Source of the DNA: Cyanophyceae cyanobacterium
GTDB taxonomy: Bacteria; Cyanobacteriota; Cyanobacteriia; Cyanobacteriales; Laspinemataceae
Length of the DNA stretch: 64,000 bases
Reading direction: 5' to 3'
Assembly: GCA_038321985.1 (NCBI GenBank)
Contig: JBBQFN010000003.1
Location: 1-64,000 of the forward strand
Both the position numbers and the translations under genes were made by a program. Shown one piece after another: positions 49,176 to 58,555 of the stretch; position 1 is the stretch's first letter, and each line of letters begins with the position of its first letter. Under the pieces are notes generated by a model that saw only the letters and a program-made list of their open reading frames with translations, was not told the origin of the DNA and made no database searches.

Positions 49176-50831
49176 ATGTTAAAAAGTAAACAAAAATCTA
49201 AGAAAAAGTCCCAGCAAAATAATAACGCACAAGCGCCTACTCTGAGTCCAAAAGAACTGACGGCCCACCAAAAAAAATTAGAGCGCGAACGCAAAGCGAT
49301 GATTCAATCGTTCGCAACCTATGGCGGTCTCGGTCTGGCGATCGCAGTTGTACTTTTTTTTGTCGCCGACTTCAAGATCGCTGTAGCCGGTGGCGGTGGG
49401 GTTGCAGTTTTATTACTCTCCTACAAATACCCTCGTTTAGCAATTTGGGGTTTCCTGATCTATCTCCCCATCTCCGGCACCGTTACTTACTGGATCGGTG
49501 GGGGAAATGCCCTTTTTCAACTGGCTAAAGATGCGTTTTACATCCCAGCAGTGCTCGCCCTCTACCGAGAAATTAAGGGTAAAAAACTCCCCTTCTTAAT
49601 TCCTCCCCAACTGGGTCCCGCACTGAACATACTTCTCGGGGTTTGTCTGTTGACTCTGTTGTTTGTCAACGGTGCTCAGCAGTTTGGTCCCGGTCCTGAG
49701 GGGCAGCCGTTGCCGATGGGACTTTTGGGGATGAAAGTTTTCGTCGGCTATATTCCCTTAATCGGGTGCAGCTATTATCTGATTCGGAGCAAAAAAGAAT
49801 TTTTGTGGCTGACCCGCACCCATATCCTGCTCGCCCTCCTCTGCTGTGGACTGGGTGTTTTACAGTATTGGATGCTCCTCTCCGGTCGCTGTGCGGGTAC
49901 TCGGGGCTATGTGGGATCTGATCTCTTTAAAGCCACCCTTGATGCTAAATGTCTCGTCGGAGGGTCTCTTGTTTTTAGCCCCGAGGTGAACATGATTCGC
50001 TTGCCGGGTACCTTTGTCGCACCCTGGCAGTGGGCTTGGTTCCTAATTGCTAACCTCTTTTTTACCTTTGCCTCGGCATTTAACGATCCTTCATTAATCT
50101 GGAAAGTTCTCAGTTTTCTGGCAATGGCTTTGATCTTTGTTAATTCAGTAATTTCGGGTCAACGAATTGCTCTAGCTCTTGTCCCGGTATTTACGGTTAT
50201 TCTGCTGGTAGTCACCGGCCAACTCACCAATATCAAACGATTTGTTCCGATCGCAGCTGGACTAGGGATTGTGGGATTTGTGGCACTGGTTATATTTCCG
50301 GATGTCGTGACGGAGCGGATCGATAGTTTTGTCAGCCGGTGGAATGCTTCTCCGCCTACGGACTTTATCGCCCACCAAGCCGAATTTACCTCGAAAGGAC
50401 AGAGTGGATTTTTTGGGCAAGGTTTGGGCCGCGCCACCAACTCGGCGCGAATGTTTGGCGAGACCAAGCTAATCGAAACCTACTATCCTAAACTCCTCTA
50501 TGAAATTGGTCCAGCGGGGGTGATTGGGTTTCTGATTTTCGTAACGACTCTGACCTATCTAGCATTTAAAACCTATCGGTCTGTCAAAGATAAAAATCTC
50601 CGGGGCTATGGCGCATCTTATTGGGTTTTTATCTTATTTATCAGCTATAACACTTACTATTATCCCCTGGATGTGGACCCGGTGGCAATTTATTACTGGG
50701 TTTTTGCAGGGTTGTTGTTCAAGTTACCGGATCTAGACCGTGAGGTAGCTCAGGAAAAACTTAAAGCAGAGGAACTGGGTTTGCTAGAGGATAAACAATC
50801 GTCTAAAAAGAAGAAGAAAAAAAAGAAATAA
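49176..50831 (+). CDS. hpsL: Hormogonium polysaccharide biosynthesis protein HpsL (Wzy/O-antigen-ligase-like membrane protein)
   Basis: Multi-TM; RLPGTFVAPWQWAWFL, GQGLGRATNSAR, IETYYPKLLYE, YYPLDVDPVAIYYW; followed by hps-type GTs. Confidence 0.8.
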   Translation: MLKSKQKSKKKSQQNNNAQAPTLSPKELTAHQKKLERERKAMIQSFATYGGLGLAIAVVLFFVADFKIAVAGGGGVAVLLLSYKYPRLAIWGFLIYLPISGTVTYWIGGGNALFQLAKDAFYIPAVLALYREIKGKKLPFLIPPQLGPALNILLGVCLLTLLFVNGAQQFGPGPEGQPLPMGLLGMKVFVGYIPLIGCSYYLIRSKKEFLWLTRTHILLALLCCGLGVLQYWMLLSGRCAGTRGYVGSDLFKATLDAKCLVGGSLVFSPEVNMIRLPGTFVAPWQWAWFLIANLFFTFASAFNDPSLIWKVLSFLAMALIFVNSVISGQRIALALVPVFTVILLVVTGQLTNIKRFVPIAAGLGIVGFVALVIFPDVVTERIDSFVSRWNASPPTDFIAHQAEFTSKGQSGFFGQGLGRATNSARMFGETKLIETYYPKLLYEIGPAGVIGFLIFVTTLTYLAFKTYRSVKDKNLRGYGASYWVFILFISYNTYYYPLDVDPVAIYYWVFAGLLFKLPDLDREVAQEKLKAEELGLLEDKQSSKKKKKKKK

Positions 50832-50910
50832 CCTGGAACTCTAAACAGCCCGTTTTCCTTGGCGATCGCCTTCGATTCATCGAAACTCTAAACGTTCAAC
50901 CCATCACTCT

Positions 50911-51918
50911 ATGTCTTTACCCTCAATTTCTGTAATTATCCCCACCTACAATCGAGAAAAGGTGCTGCGAGAGACCCTTGCCGATGTCCTTCTACAAGAC
51001 TACCCGGATTTTGATGTGCTGGTGGTGGATCAAACCCCCACTCACGAACCCGAAACCGATGCCTATCTTAAAACACTCGCCGAGTCCAATCGCATTAACT
51101 GGTTGCGCCTGGATTGGGCGAGTTTACCCGGTGCTCGTAACTATGCCGTGCGGCGATCGCCTGGGGAGATTATTCTGTTTCTCGATGATGATGTCCAACT
51201 TCCCTCGGGTTTTCTGCACGCCCATGCCCGCAATTATCTTGATAAACCGGAGGTAGGGGCGATCGCGGGTCGAGTTTTTGATCGCATGAAACTCGCTGAT
51301 TCCGGTGGCGGTTTAACCGTCGAGGATTTACCCCCAGAAGCCATGGATCCGGGCATTGCTTGGTATTATATTGACCTAGTGCATACGGTTAAACCCCAGG
51401 AAGTGCTATCGGTTCGCGGTTGCAATATGTCCTTCCGTCGCGAGATTTTCGACCAGTATGGATTACACTTTGACGAACGCTTTCGAGGCAGTGCAGTGCG
51501 GGAAGAGTCGGATTTTTGCTTGCGGTTACGACAAACGGGGTACAAAATCTGGTATGAACCCGAGGCTCACTTAGTTCATTTAGGAGAAGAAACGGGCGGT
51601 TGTCATGATATTAGCATTCGTTCCATTAGCTACCAAATCACTTTTTATCACAACCATTTTCTCCTGGGTTTAAAAAATCTCACCCTCTCCCAATGTCTGC
51701 GCTTTTTCACTCGTTTATTCGACTGCCATGTACTGGGGCATCCCCCCTGCAATAAAAGCGGTTCGCCGATTAAAACTCTCGTGCGCGGGTGGTTTTATAC
51801 CTTGGGGTTTCTAAATGCGGTTGGAACTGTTCTGCAATCCCGCTTCCAGGATGGACAAATTTATACCCAACAAGACGAACTGGCAAAGTCTAAAACAACC
51901 TTACCCGTCAATTCATAG
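50911..51918 (+). CDS. hpsN: Hormogonium polysaccharide GT2 glycosyltransferase HpsN
   Basis: SVIIPTYNR, FLDDD, RGCNMSFR, GSAVREESDFC; synteny after hpsL. Confidence 0.8.
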   Translation: MSLPSISVIIPTYNREKVLRETLADVLLQDYPDFDVLVVDQTPTHEPETDAYLKTLAESNRINWLRLDWASLPGARNYAVRRSPGEIILFLDDDVQLPSGFLHAHARNYLDKPEVGAIAGRVFDRMKLADSGGGLTVEDLPPEAMDPGIAWYYIDLVHTVKPQEVLSVRGCNMSFRREIFDQYGLHFDERFRGSAVREESDFCLRLRQTGYKIWYEPEAHLVHLGEETGGCHDISIRSISYQITFYHNHFLLGLKNLTLSQCLRFFTRLFDCHVLGHPPCNKSGSPIKTLVRGWFYTLGFLNAVGTVLQSRFQDGQIYTQQDELAKSKTTLPVNS

Positions 51919-51926
51919 TAGATGCC

Positions 51927-53099
51927 GTGAAAATTTTAGTTGCAAGCCATACTTATATTGTTGACTTAAACCGGGAAAAATTACGGAAACTTGCCCAACT
52001 TACTCCCGGCATTGAGGTGACGGTAATCGTTCCCCGGCGCTGGCGTCCTGGGGGGGTGCAAAATAAACTGATTGAAACCGAATACTTAGAGGAAGGTTCG
52101 TTTCGGGTGATACCGATTTCCAATTTTAGCCAGAATAATCAAGGACTGTTGACTTTTGGTGCCGATTTGATTTCGGTGTTGCAGCAATGGCGTCCAGATA
52201 TTATTCAAGTGGAACAGGGTGCGAAGGCGATCGCCTACTCGGAATTTATCACCCTCAATCGATTGCTAGGATTGAAAGCCAAAAATATATTTTTTACTTG
52301 GTGGAATCTTCCCTATCAATTAAAATGGTCTGTTTCGCTCTTAGAGTCCTATAATTTGCGTCATACTGATGGCATTATTGTCGGGAATCAAGAGGGGGCG
52401 AAAATTTTGCGCGATCGCGGTTATTCCGGTCCCGTCCAAATTATGCCTCAACTCGGGGTCGATGAAACCCTCTTTCGTCCTGACCCTCAACCGGAACTCC
52501 GTACCCAACTCGGCATCGAATTGGATGAATTTGTTGTGGGTTTTGTGGGCCGTTTTGTGGAAGAAAAAGGATTACTAACCTTACTTCAGTCTTTATCCCA
52601 TTTAGCCCATAAGCCTTGGAAATGGGTACTATTGGGTCGCGGTCCCCTAAAAGAGACGCTGCTCCAAAAAGCCACGGAATTAAACCTTCAAAATCGGCTA
52701 ATTTGGATAGAAAGTGTTCCTCATGATGAGGTACATCGCTATATTAATTTGATGGATGTTTTGGTGCTTCCTTCGGAAACTACCCAGACGTTTAAAACTC
52801 TAACTTCTGCGGGATGGAAAGAACAATTCGGTCATGTTTTAATTGAAGCAATGGCCTGTCAAGTGGCGGTGATTGGTTCAGATTCGGGGGAAATTCCTAA
52901 CGTTATTCAAGAGGCGGGCTTAGTCTTTCCCGAAGGAAATTCCGAAGCGTTACGAGATTGCCTGATTAAACTTATGGAAAACCCTTTATTTGCGGAGGAA
53001 TTGGGTCATCAGGGTTACCAACGAGCTATGAAACATTACACGAATCAGGCTCTTGCTCAACAACAGTTTGAATTTTATCAGACAATTTTGGAGGCTTAG
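51927..53099 (+). CDS. hpsO: Hormogonium polysaccharide GT4 glycosyltransferase HpsO
   Basis: MKILVASHTYIVDLN, PQLGVD, WKEQFGHVLIEAMAC. Confidence 0.8.
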   Translation: MKILVASHTYIVDLNREKLRKLAQLTPGIEVTVIVPRRWRPGGVQNKLIETEYLEEGSFRVIPISNFSQNNQGLLTFGADLISVLQQWRPDIIQVEQGAKAIAYSEFITLNRLLGLKAKNIFFTWWNLPYQLKWSVSLLESYNLRHTDGIIVGNQEGAKILRDRGYSGPVQIMPQLGVDETLFRPDPQPELRTQLGIELDEFVVGFVGRFVEEKGLLTLLQSLSHLAHKPWKWVLLGRGPLKETLLQKATELNLQNRLIWIESVPHDEVHRYINLMDVLVLPSETTQTFKTLTSAGWKEQFGHVLIEAMACQVAVIGSDSGEIPNVIQEAGLVFPEGNSEALRDCLIKLMENPLFAEELGHQGYQRAMKHYTNQALAQQQFEFYQTILEA

Positions 53100-53272
53100 A
53101 AATTAGGAGTTAAAGCATCCATTTGAGCATTATTCCTAGGCTCTACCGAAGAATGAAAATTGTAGCCTTGTTCAGAGTTATTAGGTCTTACATTTTCTCA
53201 AAGTGCAAGCATAAGGTTCGCTACTACACTCAAAACTAACTCATAAAATCTTGTAAATTATTATTTTAATTT

Positions 53273-54478
53273 ATGCGAATTCTGCAAATTATTCCCTCTA
53301 TTTCCCTGGTATATGGGGGTCCGAGTCAAATGGTATTGGGGTTATCGGCAGCCCTGGCACGTCAAGGCGCACAGGTAACGCTTTTAACAACTAATTCTAA
53401 TGGAGATGTGGGACAACCTCCACTCGATGTTCCCCTGGACTATCCCGTAGAACAAGATGGGTATCAAATTAGATATTTTCCCTGTTCTCCGTTTCGTCGT
53501 TATAAATTTTCCGGAGATTTATTAAAGTGGTTATATCGACAGGGAAATGAGTATGATATCGCCCATTTACACGCCCTTTTTTCTCCGGTGATATCCGGTG
53601 CAGCTACGGTGGCGAGATGGCGGAAGATTCCTTATATTTTGCGTCCATTGGGAACCCTGGATCCGGCAGATTTGCAAAAGAAGAAACAGCTAAAGCAAAT
53701 TTATACAGCGTTGTGGGAACGGGGGAATTTAGCCGGGGCATCGGCGATTCATTTTACGAGTGCAGAAGAGGCGAAGGTTTCGGAACGGTTTGGGGTTAAA
53801 AGTCGGGATTTAATTATTCCTTTGGGGGTGAATTTACCGGAGATAGATGCAGAGTTGACAGGGGAGGAAATCCACAAGCGAAGGCAGCGGATTCGGGAGG
53901 AGTTGGGGATTTCAGGCAATCGCCCGCTGGTTTTGTTTTTGTCGCGGATTGAACCGAAAAAAGGATTAGATTTATTATTACCGGCGTTAGAAAAGTTACT
54001 TGTCCAAGGCTTAGAGTTTCATTTTGTGTTAGCAGGAAGCAACCCCCAAGATCCAGAGTATGAGGCGAAAATCCAGGGGCAAATTGCTGCTTCTCCTCTT
54101 GCCGATCGCACGACTTTACCCGGTTTCGTTAGGGGAGAATTTAAGGGGTCGTTACTTCAATCAGCGGATATTTTTGTCCTACCGTCTTACTATGAAAATT
54201 TTGGAATTGCCGTGGCGGAAGCAATGGCAGCAGGAACGGCAGTCTGTATTTCCCGGGGGGTTTATATCTGGGAGGATGTATTAGAAGCGGGTGCAGGTTG
54301 GGTAGGTAACCAGACGGTAGAGGACGTTGCACAGTTACTCGCGGAGGCGATCGCCAATCCCCAGGAGTGTCAGCAACGGGGACTTAAGGGGAAGGCATAC
54401 GCGGCGACTCGTTACAATTGGGATACGATCGCCCAGCAAACCCTAGGGGCATACGCAGACATTCTCGCTCAGTTGTAG
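53273..54478 (+). CDS. hpsP: Hormogonium polysaccharide GT4 glycosyltransferase HpsP
   Basis: IPSISLVYGGPSQMV, PLGTLDPADL, PSYYENFGIAVAEAMA. Confidence 0.8.
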   Translation: MRILQIIPSISLVYGGPSQMVLGLSAALARQGAQVTLLTTNSNGDVGQPPLDVPLDYPVEQDGYQIRYFPCSPFRRYKFSGDLLKWLYRQGNEYDIAHLHALFSPVISGAATVARWRKIPYILRPLGTLDPADLQKKKQLKQIYTALWERGNLAGASAIHFTSAEEAKVSERFGVKSRDLIIPLGVNLPEIDAELTGEEIHKRRQRIREELGISGNRPLVLFLSRIEPKKGLDLLLPALEKLLVQGLEFHFVLAGSNPQDPEYEAKIQGQIAASPLADRTTLPGFVRGEFKGSLLQSADIFVLPSYYENFGIAVAEAMAAGTAVCISRGVYIWEDVLEAGAGWVGNQTVEDVAQLLAEAIANPQECQQRGLKGKAYAATRYNWDTIAQQTLGAYADILAQL

Positions 54479-54598
54479 CGCGATCGCCTGATTTTGGGCA
54501 TAAAAACCCTAAGTAGCTGAAAATGAAAAGGCTGGCATTTTTTCGTTAAACTTGAAAAAAACAGCTAAATGTAAAATCAAGGGTTTGGGGAATGGGGA

Positions 54599-55345
54599 AT
54601 GTGGAGTAAAACCTATCAAGGGCGAGAATTACGGGTTAGTATTTTGCTGAGTTTTGCAGTAATCGCTCAGCTACTACAAGCGATCGCACCTGTTATGGCA
54701 GGGAATCTCAGGGAAAATCAAATACCTGCGACAGTTTGGGTGGCGCAGGGTATGGAGGAATTCCCCGAGGCGGAACGATATTATACCGAAGGGGCAAAAC
54801 TTCAGGATGAGGGCGATTTAGAAGGGGCAGTTGCCTCCTATCAGCAGGCGATTCGTCTCAATCCTAACTTTACGGAAGCGCAAATCAATATGGGAGTTGC
54901 CTTAGTGAATCTGGGGCGGGTATCCGAGGCGATCGCCACCTACCGAGATGCCATTCGTACGAATTCCCAATTACCGGCGGCTCATTATAATTTAGCTAAT
55001 GCCTTGGCACAACAACAGGACCTCGATGAAGCACTTATGGCCTATCGAGAAGCGATTCGCCTCCAACCTACTTATGATAAAGCTTACTATAATATGGGCA
55101 ATATCTTAGTCAATCGCGGAGACTTACAAGGGGCGATATCCGCCTACCAGGAAGCGATTGAAATCAATCCCAATTTTGCCGAAGCCTATGGCAATTTAGG
55201 GATGGTTTTATTTGAACAAGGCGATCGCACAGAAGCCGCCCGAGTTTTACAAACTGCCCGAGACTTGTTTCAGCGCCAGGGAAACTTTTCGGCGGTGAGT
55301 CGCATTGAGCGTTTCTTACAACAACTGAGCAATCGTTCTAATTAA
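54599..55345 (+). CDS. Exported TPR protein
   Basis: Signal-peptide-like N-terminus followed by about 5 TPRs (AHYNLANAL, AYYNMGNIL, AYGNLG). Confidence 0.85.
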   Translation: MWSKTYQGRELRVSILLSFAVIAQLLQAIAPVMAGNLRENQIPATVWVAQGMEEFPEAERYYTEGAKLQDEGDLEGAVASYQQAIRLNPNFTEAQINMGVALVNLGRVSEAIATYRDAIRTNSQLPAAHYNLANALAQQQDLDEALMAYREAIRLQPTYDKAYYNMGNILVNRGDLQGAISAYQEAIEINPNFAEAYGNLGMVLFEQGDRTEAARVLQTARDLFQRQGNFSAVSRIERFLQQLSNRSN

Positions 55346-55384
55346 TTTAAATTTCATCTTTCTGAATTTTAAAATAAAGGGTTC

Positions 55385-55449
55385 AGAAACCGGGTTTCTT
55401 CGCTCAATTGTGGCTGATTGGCAACCATTGTCGCAGAAACCCGTTTTCT
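55385..55449. repeat. Pair of AGAAACCSGKTTTCT palindromic repeats between convergent genes
   Basis: AGAAACCGGGTTTCT at 55385 and AGAAACCCGTTTTCT at 55435. Confidence 0.6.
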
Positions 55450-55464
55450 TGAGTTGCTTTAAAT

Positions 55465-56490
55465 CTAATAGCGGATTCGCGGATCGATATAAGCATTAAG
55501 CAAATCAATTCCAATACTTGCCATGACGACGATCGCGGCAAAAAAGACTACGATTCCCTGAACTGTGGGATAATCCCGTAGTGAAATCGCTTCGTAAAGT
55601 CGATTGGCTAATCCCGGCCAAGAAAAGGTTACTTCAGTTAAAATTGCGCCTCCTAACAGGGCCGCTAAGGTCAATCCCATCACTGTAATCACGGGGATCA
55701 TGGCATTTTTTAAGGCATGAGCGATCGCAATTCTAGCTTCGGATATCCCTCGGGCTCTAGCTGCTTCCACATAATCTGCCTGTAAAGTTTGCTTCAAATT
55801 CACCCGCACGATTCGCTCGAAAATCCCACTAATTAGAATTCCCAGGGTCAAAGAAGGCAGTGCTAAATAGTGCAAAGTGGTAAAAAAATCCCCGAGATTT
55901 CTACTTAAAAGACTATCAATCATGTACAGTCCCGTCGGTCCCAATGGCGGGGTTTGGGTACTTGGAAAACGCGCTCCTACTGGAAACCACCCCAGTTGTA
56001 CACTAAAAATTAACTGCATAATCATCCCTACCCAAAACGCTGGGAGAGAATAGGTGATGATACCAAACATCCGTCCCCCGACATCCCATCCGGTATTGGG
56101 ATTAGAAGCAGAAATTACTCCGACTCCAATGCCTACAATTAAAGCAATTGCCATACTTACCACGGCGATTTCTAAAGTAGCTGGAAAATATTGTCCGACG
56201 ATTTCCCAAACACTTTGTCCTCGGGTGGTGAGGGATGTGCCTAAGTCTAACCTGAGCAAGTCTCCCATGTAGCGAATGTATTGTAACCACAAAGGCGCAC
56301 CTAAACCCAGTTGCTCTCGTAACCGAATTTTCTCTATTTCCGGAGCTTTTGGGCCTAAAATGGCATCGATCGGGTCTCCAGGGGTGGCACGCAGCAGCAA
56401 AAATACAAGGGTGGCGATCGTCCATAGCATCAGGGGTGCTAGGAGCAAACGCAGGAGAATATAGGATTGAAGCGCTTTTGAACGGGACAT
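55465..56490 (-). CDS. Peptide/nickel ABC transporter permease (DppB-like)
   Basis: PGDPIDA, DLGTS, FPATLE, EAARARG, HALKNA, ITEVTFSWPGL-type motif, RDYPTVQG, IDPRIRY. Confidence 0.93.
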   Translation of the reverse strand: MSRSKALQSYILLRLLLAPLMLWTIATLVFLLLRATPGDPIDAILGPKAPEIEKIRLREQLGLGAPLWLQYIRYMGDLLRLDLGTSLTTRGQSVWEIVGQYFPATLEIAVVSMAIALIVGIGVGVISASNPNTGWDVGGRMFGIITYSLPAFWVGMIMQLIFSVQLGWFPVGARFPSTQTPPLGPTGLYMIDSLLSRNLGDFFTTLHYLALPSLTLGILISGIFERIVRVNLKQTLQADYVEAARARGISEARIAIAHALKNAMIPVITVMGLTLAALLGGAILTEVTFSWPGLANRLYEAISLRDYPTVQGIVVFFAAIVVMASIGIDLLNAYIDPRIRY

Positions 56491-56581
56491 GGGCGATGTT
56501 GAATGTGAGACACTAGGGTAGAAAGGGAGTAAAGAGATGAGGATTTTCGGGAAACCCTCATCCCTTATCAAAGTATGTAAC

Positions 56582-58210
56582 TTATTTCTTCAAGGTCCAA
56601 AATGGCATGGTTTGAGCTGATTCCAGGGTTACTCCTTGGATTCCCTGACGAGCAAACACATATTCTTTGCCTTGCCAGAGGGGAATAAAGGGCACATCTT
56701 GAGAGACAATCTCTTGGAGTTCTCCAAAAATTTGCAGGCGCGTTGCTGGGTTTTGTTCTTGGCGTTCGCGGGCAATTAATTGATTGACCTGATCGCTATA
56801 ATAGAAGGAACCCCACAATTTGCTTTCTCCTTCTTCACATCCGGTTGCTACTGACCCTTTGGCACAAGAAAGGAAGGGCTGAATATAGTTATCGGGGTCG
56901 AAGAAATCTGGGGTCCAATCTAAGATAAACATGGAATAAACCCCTTTATCCAAATTATTATAGGCGGTGGCAGATTCGACGCTTTGCAGCTCTATTTGGA
57001 TTGCTCCGTCTAATTCCTGTTCAGCTACAGCTTTGATCGTGGTTGCTGCATCTGCATTAGTCCGGAGATTGGAACGATACCAAAGCTGTAGTTTTAGAGG
57101 ATTCTGAGGGGTGTAACCCGCTTGAGTCAAAAGTTGTTTAGCTTGGGCAAAATTTCCATCTCCATACTTTTCTTTAAAGACAGGTTCGTAATACTTGGAT
57201 AAGGTGGTTGGGATTAAGCTGTAAAGCGGCTCAACTTGTCCTTGAAAAATCCGCTGTTGTAACAGGGGTCGGTCAATGATGGAGGCGATCGCCTGCCGCA
57301 CTTCCGGTTTTTTTAATGCCTCATCCTTCATATTCAGGGTTAAGACATAAATCCCGTTACTGCGATTAGAAATCACCTGCCAGCCTTCCGACTGGGATTG
57401 TTTCTCTAAACTGCTAATTTGGTCCAAGTCTAAGGTGCCATAGGTGAGATCTACGGCCCCACGACGGAAAGAGTTGTAAACGTTAGCGGGACTAGAAAAC
57501 TGTTGAATATCAACGCCGGTATTGGTCGGGTTTTCTCCCCAGTAATCCTCGAAAACATCTAACTTAATAGAATCTGTTCCATAGCTGACCAATTTATAAG
57601 GGCCTGTTCCTACAAATGTGTCGGGTTTGAATTGACCCTCTCCGATTTGATAGGCACTAGGAGAAATGGCAACTAAACCCGAAAAAGTGAGCAAATCGGG
57701 GAAGGCGGCAAAGGGCTGTTTTAACTTGAAAGTTAATTCATACTCACCGGTGGCTTGTACGGATTCAACGATATTTGATAATAAGGATGAAGGAGACCCC
57801 CCATTTTCCATAAATCGTTGCAGGGAAAATCTCATGGTTTCGGCATTGAAGGGAGTGCCGTCATGGTAAACGACATCGGAACGCAGGGGAATGGTATAGG
57901 TGACTCCATCGGGGCTGATTTTAGGAAGTTCAGTAGCGAGTTGAGGCTGGAGGGTGGTGGTCCCGCTTTCGTAGGTGTAGAGGCGATCGCCTAGGTTGTA
58001 GAGTAGCATTCCTGCCGCATTTTCGTAGGCATCGGCAGGATCAAGGGTTCTAATTTTGGCGGTGGTGCCAATGGAGATGCGATTGGGGTCACTACTTTGG
58101 TTGATCCCTGGGCGATCGCCACAGCTAATCGCCAGAAGACAGCACACCGAAAACAATCCCAAAAATCTCGCCAATCTACGCCACGGGCGAGATGAGATCG
58201 CCTCACTCAT
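56582..58210 (-). CDS. Peptide ABC transporter substrate-binding lipoprotein (family 5)
   Basis: Lipobox LAISC, TLDPA, HDGTPFNA, GTGPYKL; start 58210 inferred. Confidence 0.92.
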   Translation of the reverse strand: MSEAISSRPWRRLARFLGLFSVCCLLAISCGDRPGINQSSDPNRISIGTTAKIRTLDPADAYENAAGMLLYNLGDRLYTYESGTTTLQPQLATELPKISPDGVTYTIPLRSDVVYHDGTPFNAETMRFSLQRFMENGGSPSSLLSNIVESVQATGEYELTFKLKQPFAAFPDLLTFSGLVAISPSAYQIGEGQFKPDTFVGTGPYKLVSYGTDSIKLDVFEDYWGENPTNTGVDIQQFSSPANVYNSFRRGAVDLTYGTLDLDQISSLEKQSQSEGWQVISNRSNGIYVLTLNMKDEALKKPEVRQAIASIIDRPLLQQRIFQGQVEPLYSLIPTTLSKYYEPVFKEKYGDGNFAQAKQLLTQAGYTPQNPLKLQLWYRSNLRTNADAATTIKAVAEQELDGAIQIELQSVESATAYNNLDKGVYSMFILDWTPDFFDPDNYIQPFLSCAKGSVATGCEEGESKLWGSFYYSDQVNQLIARERQEQNPATRLQIFGELQEIVSQDVPFIPLWQGKEYVFARQGIQGVTLESAQTMPFWTLKK

Positions 58211-58555
58211 GGATCCAATAATACCCCGGCGTTTTACTATGGTTGTCTGATTCGACTTCAATTTTTCTTTCCCTGGACTTAATGAGCTTAAACGCTAGAT
58301 TTTCTAAGGTTACAAAAGCGATGGGCGATTGCTTATTTGCTTTCTATCAGATGTAGGGGTTCACCGGACAAGTTCCCCGATGGCACCCCAATCTCTTCTC
58401 TCTTTTTTCCCCCGAATCGATTTGAAGTTTAACATGAATTTTACAATAAACTGTCAGGGCAATTTTTGGGTCCTAGGTACCACCGCGTCGCAAAAATCTA
58501 GGCAGTCACATCGAGGGAATATCAGAATTTTAACCGTATCTTCGGGACTGATAGA

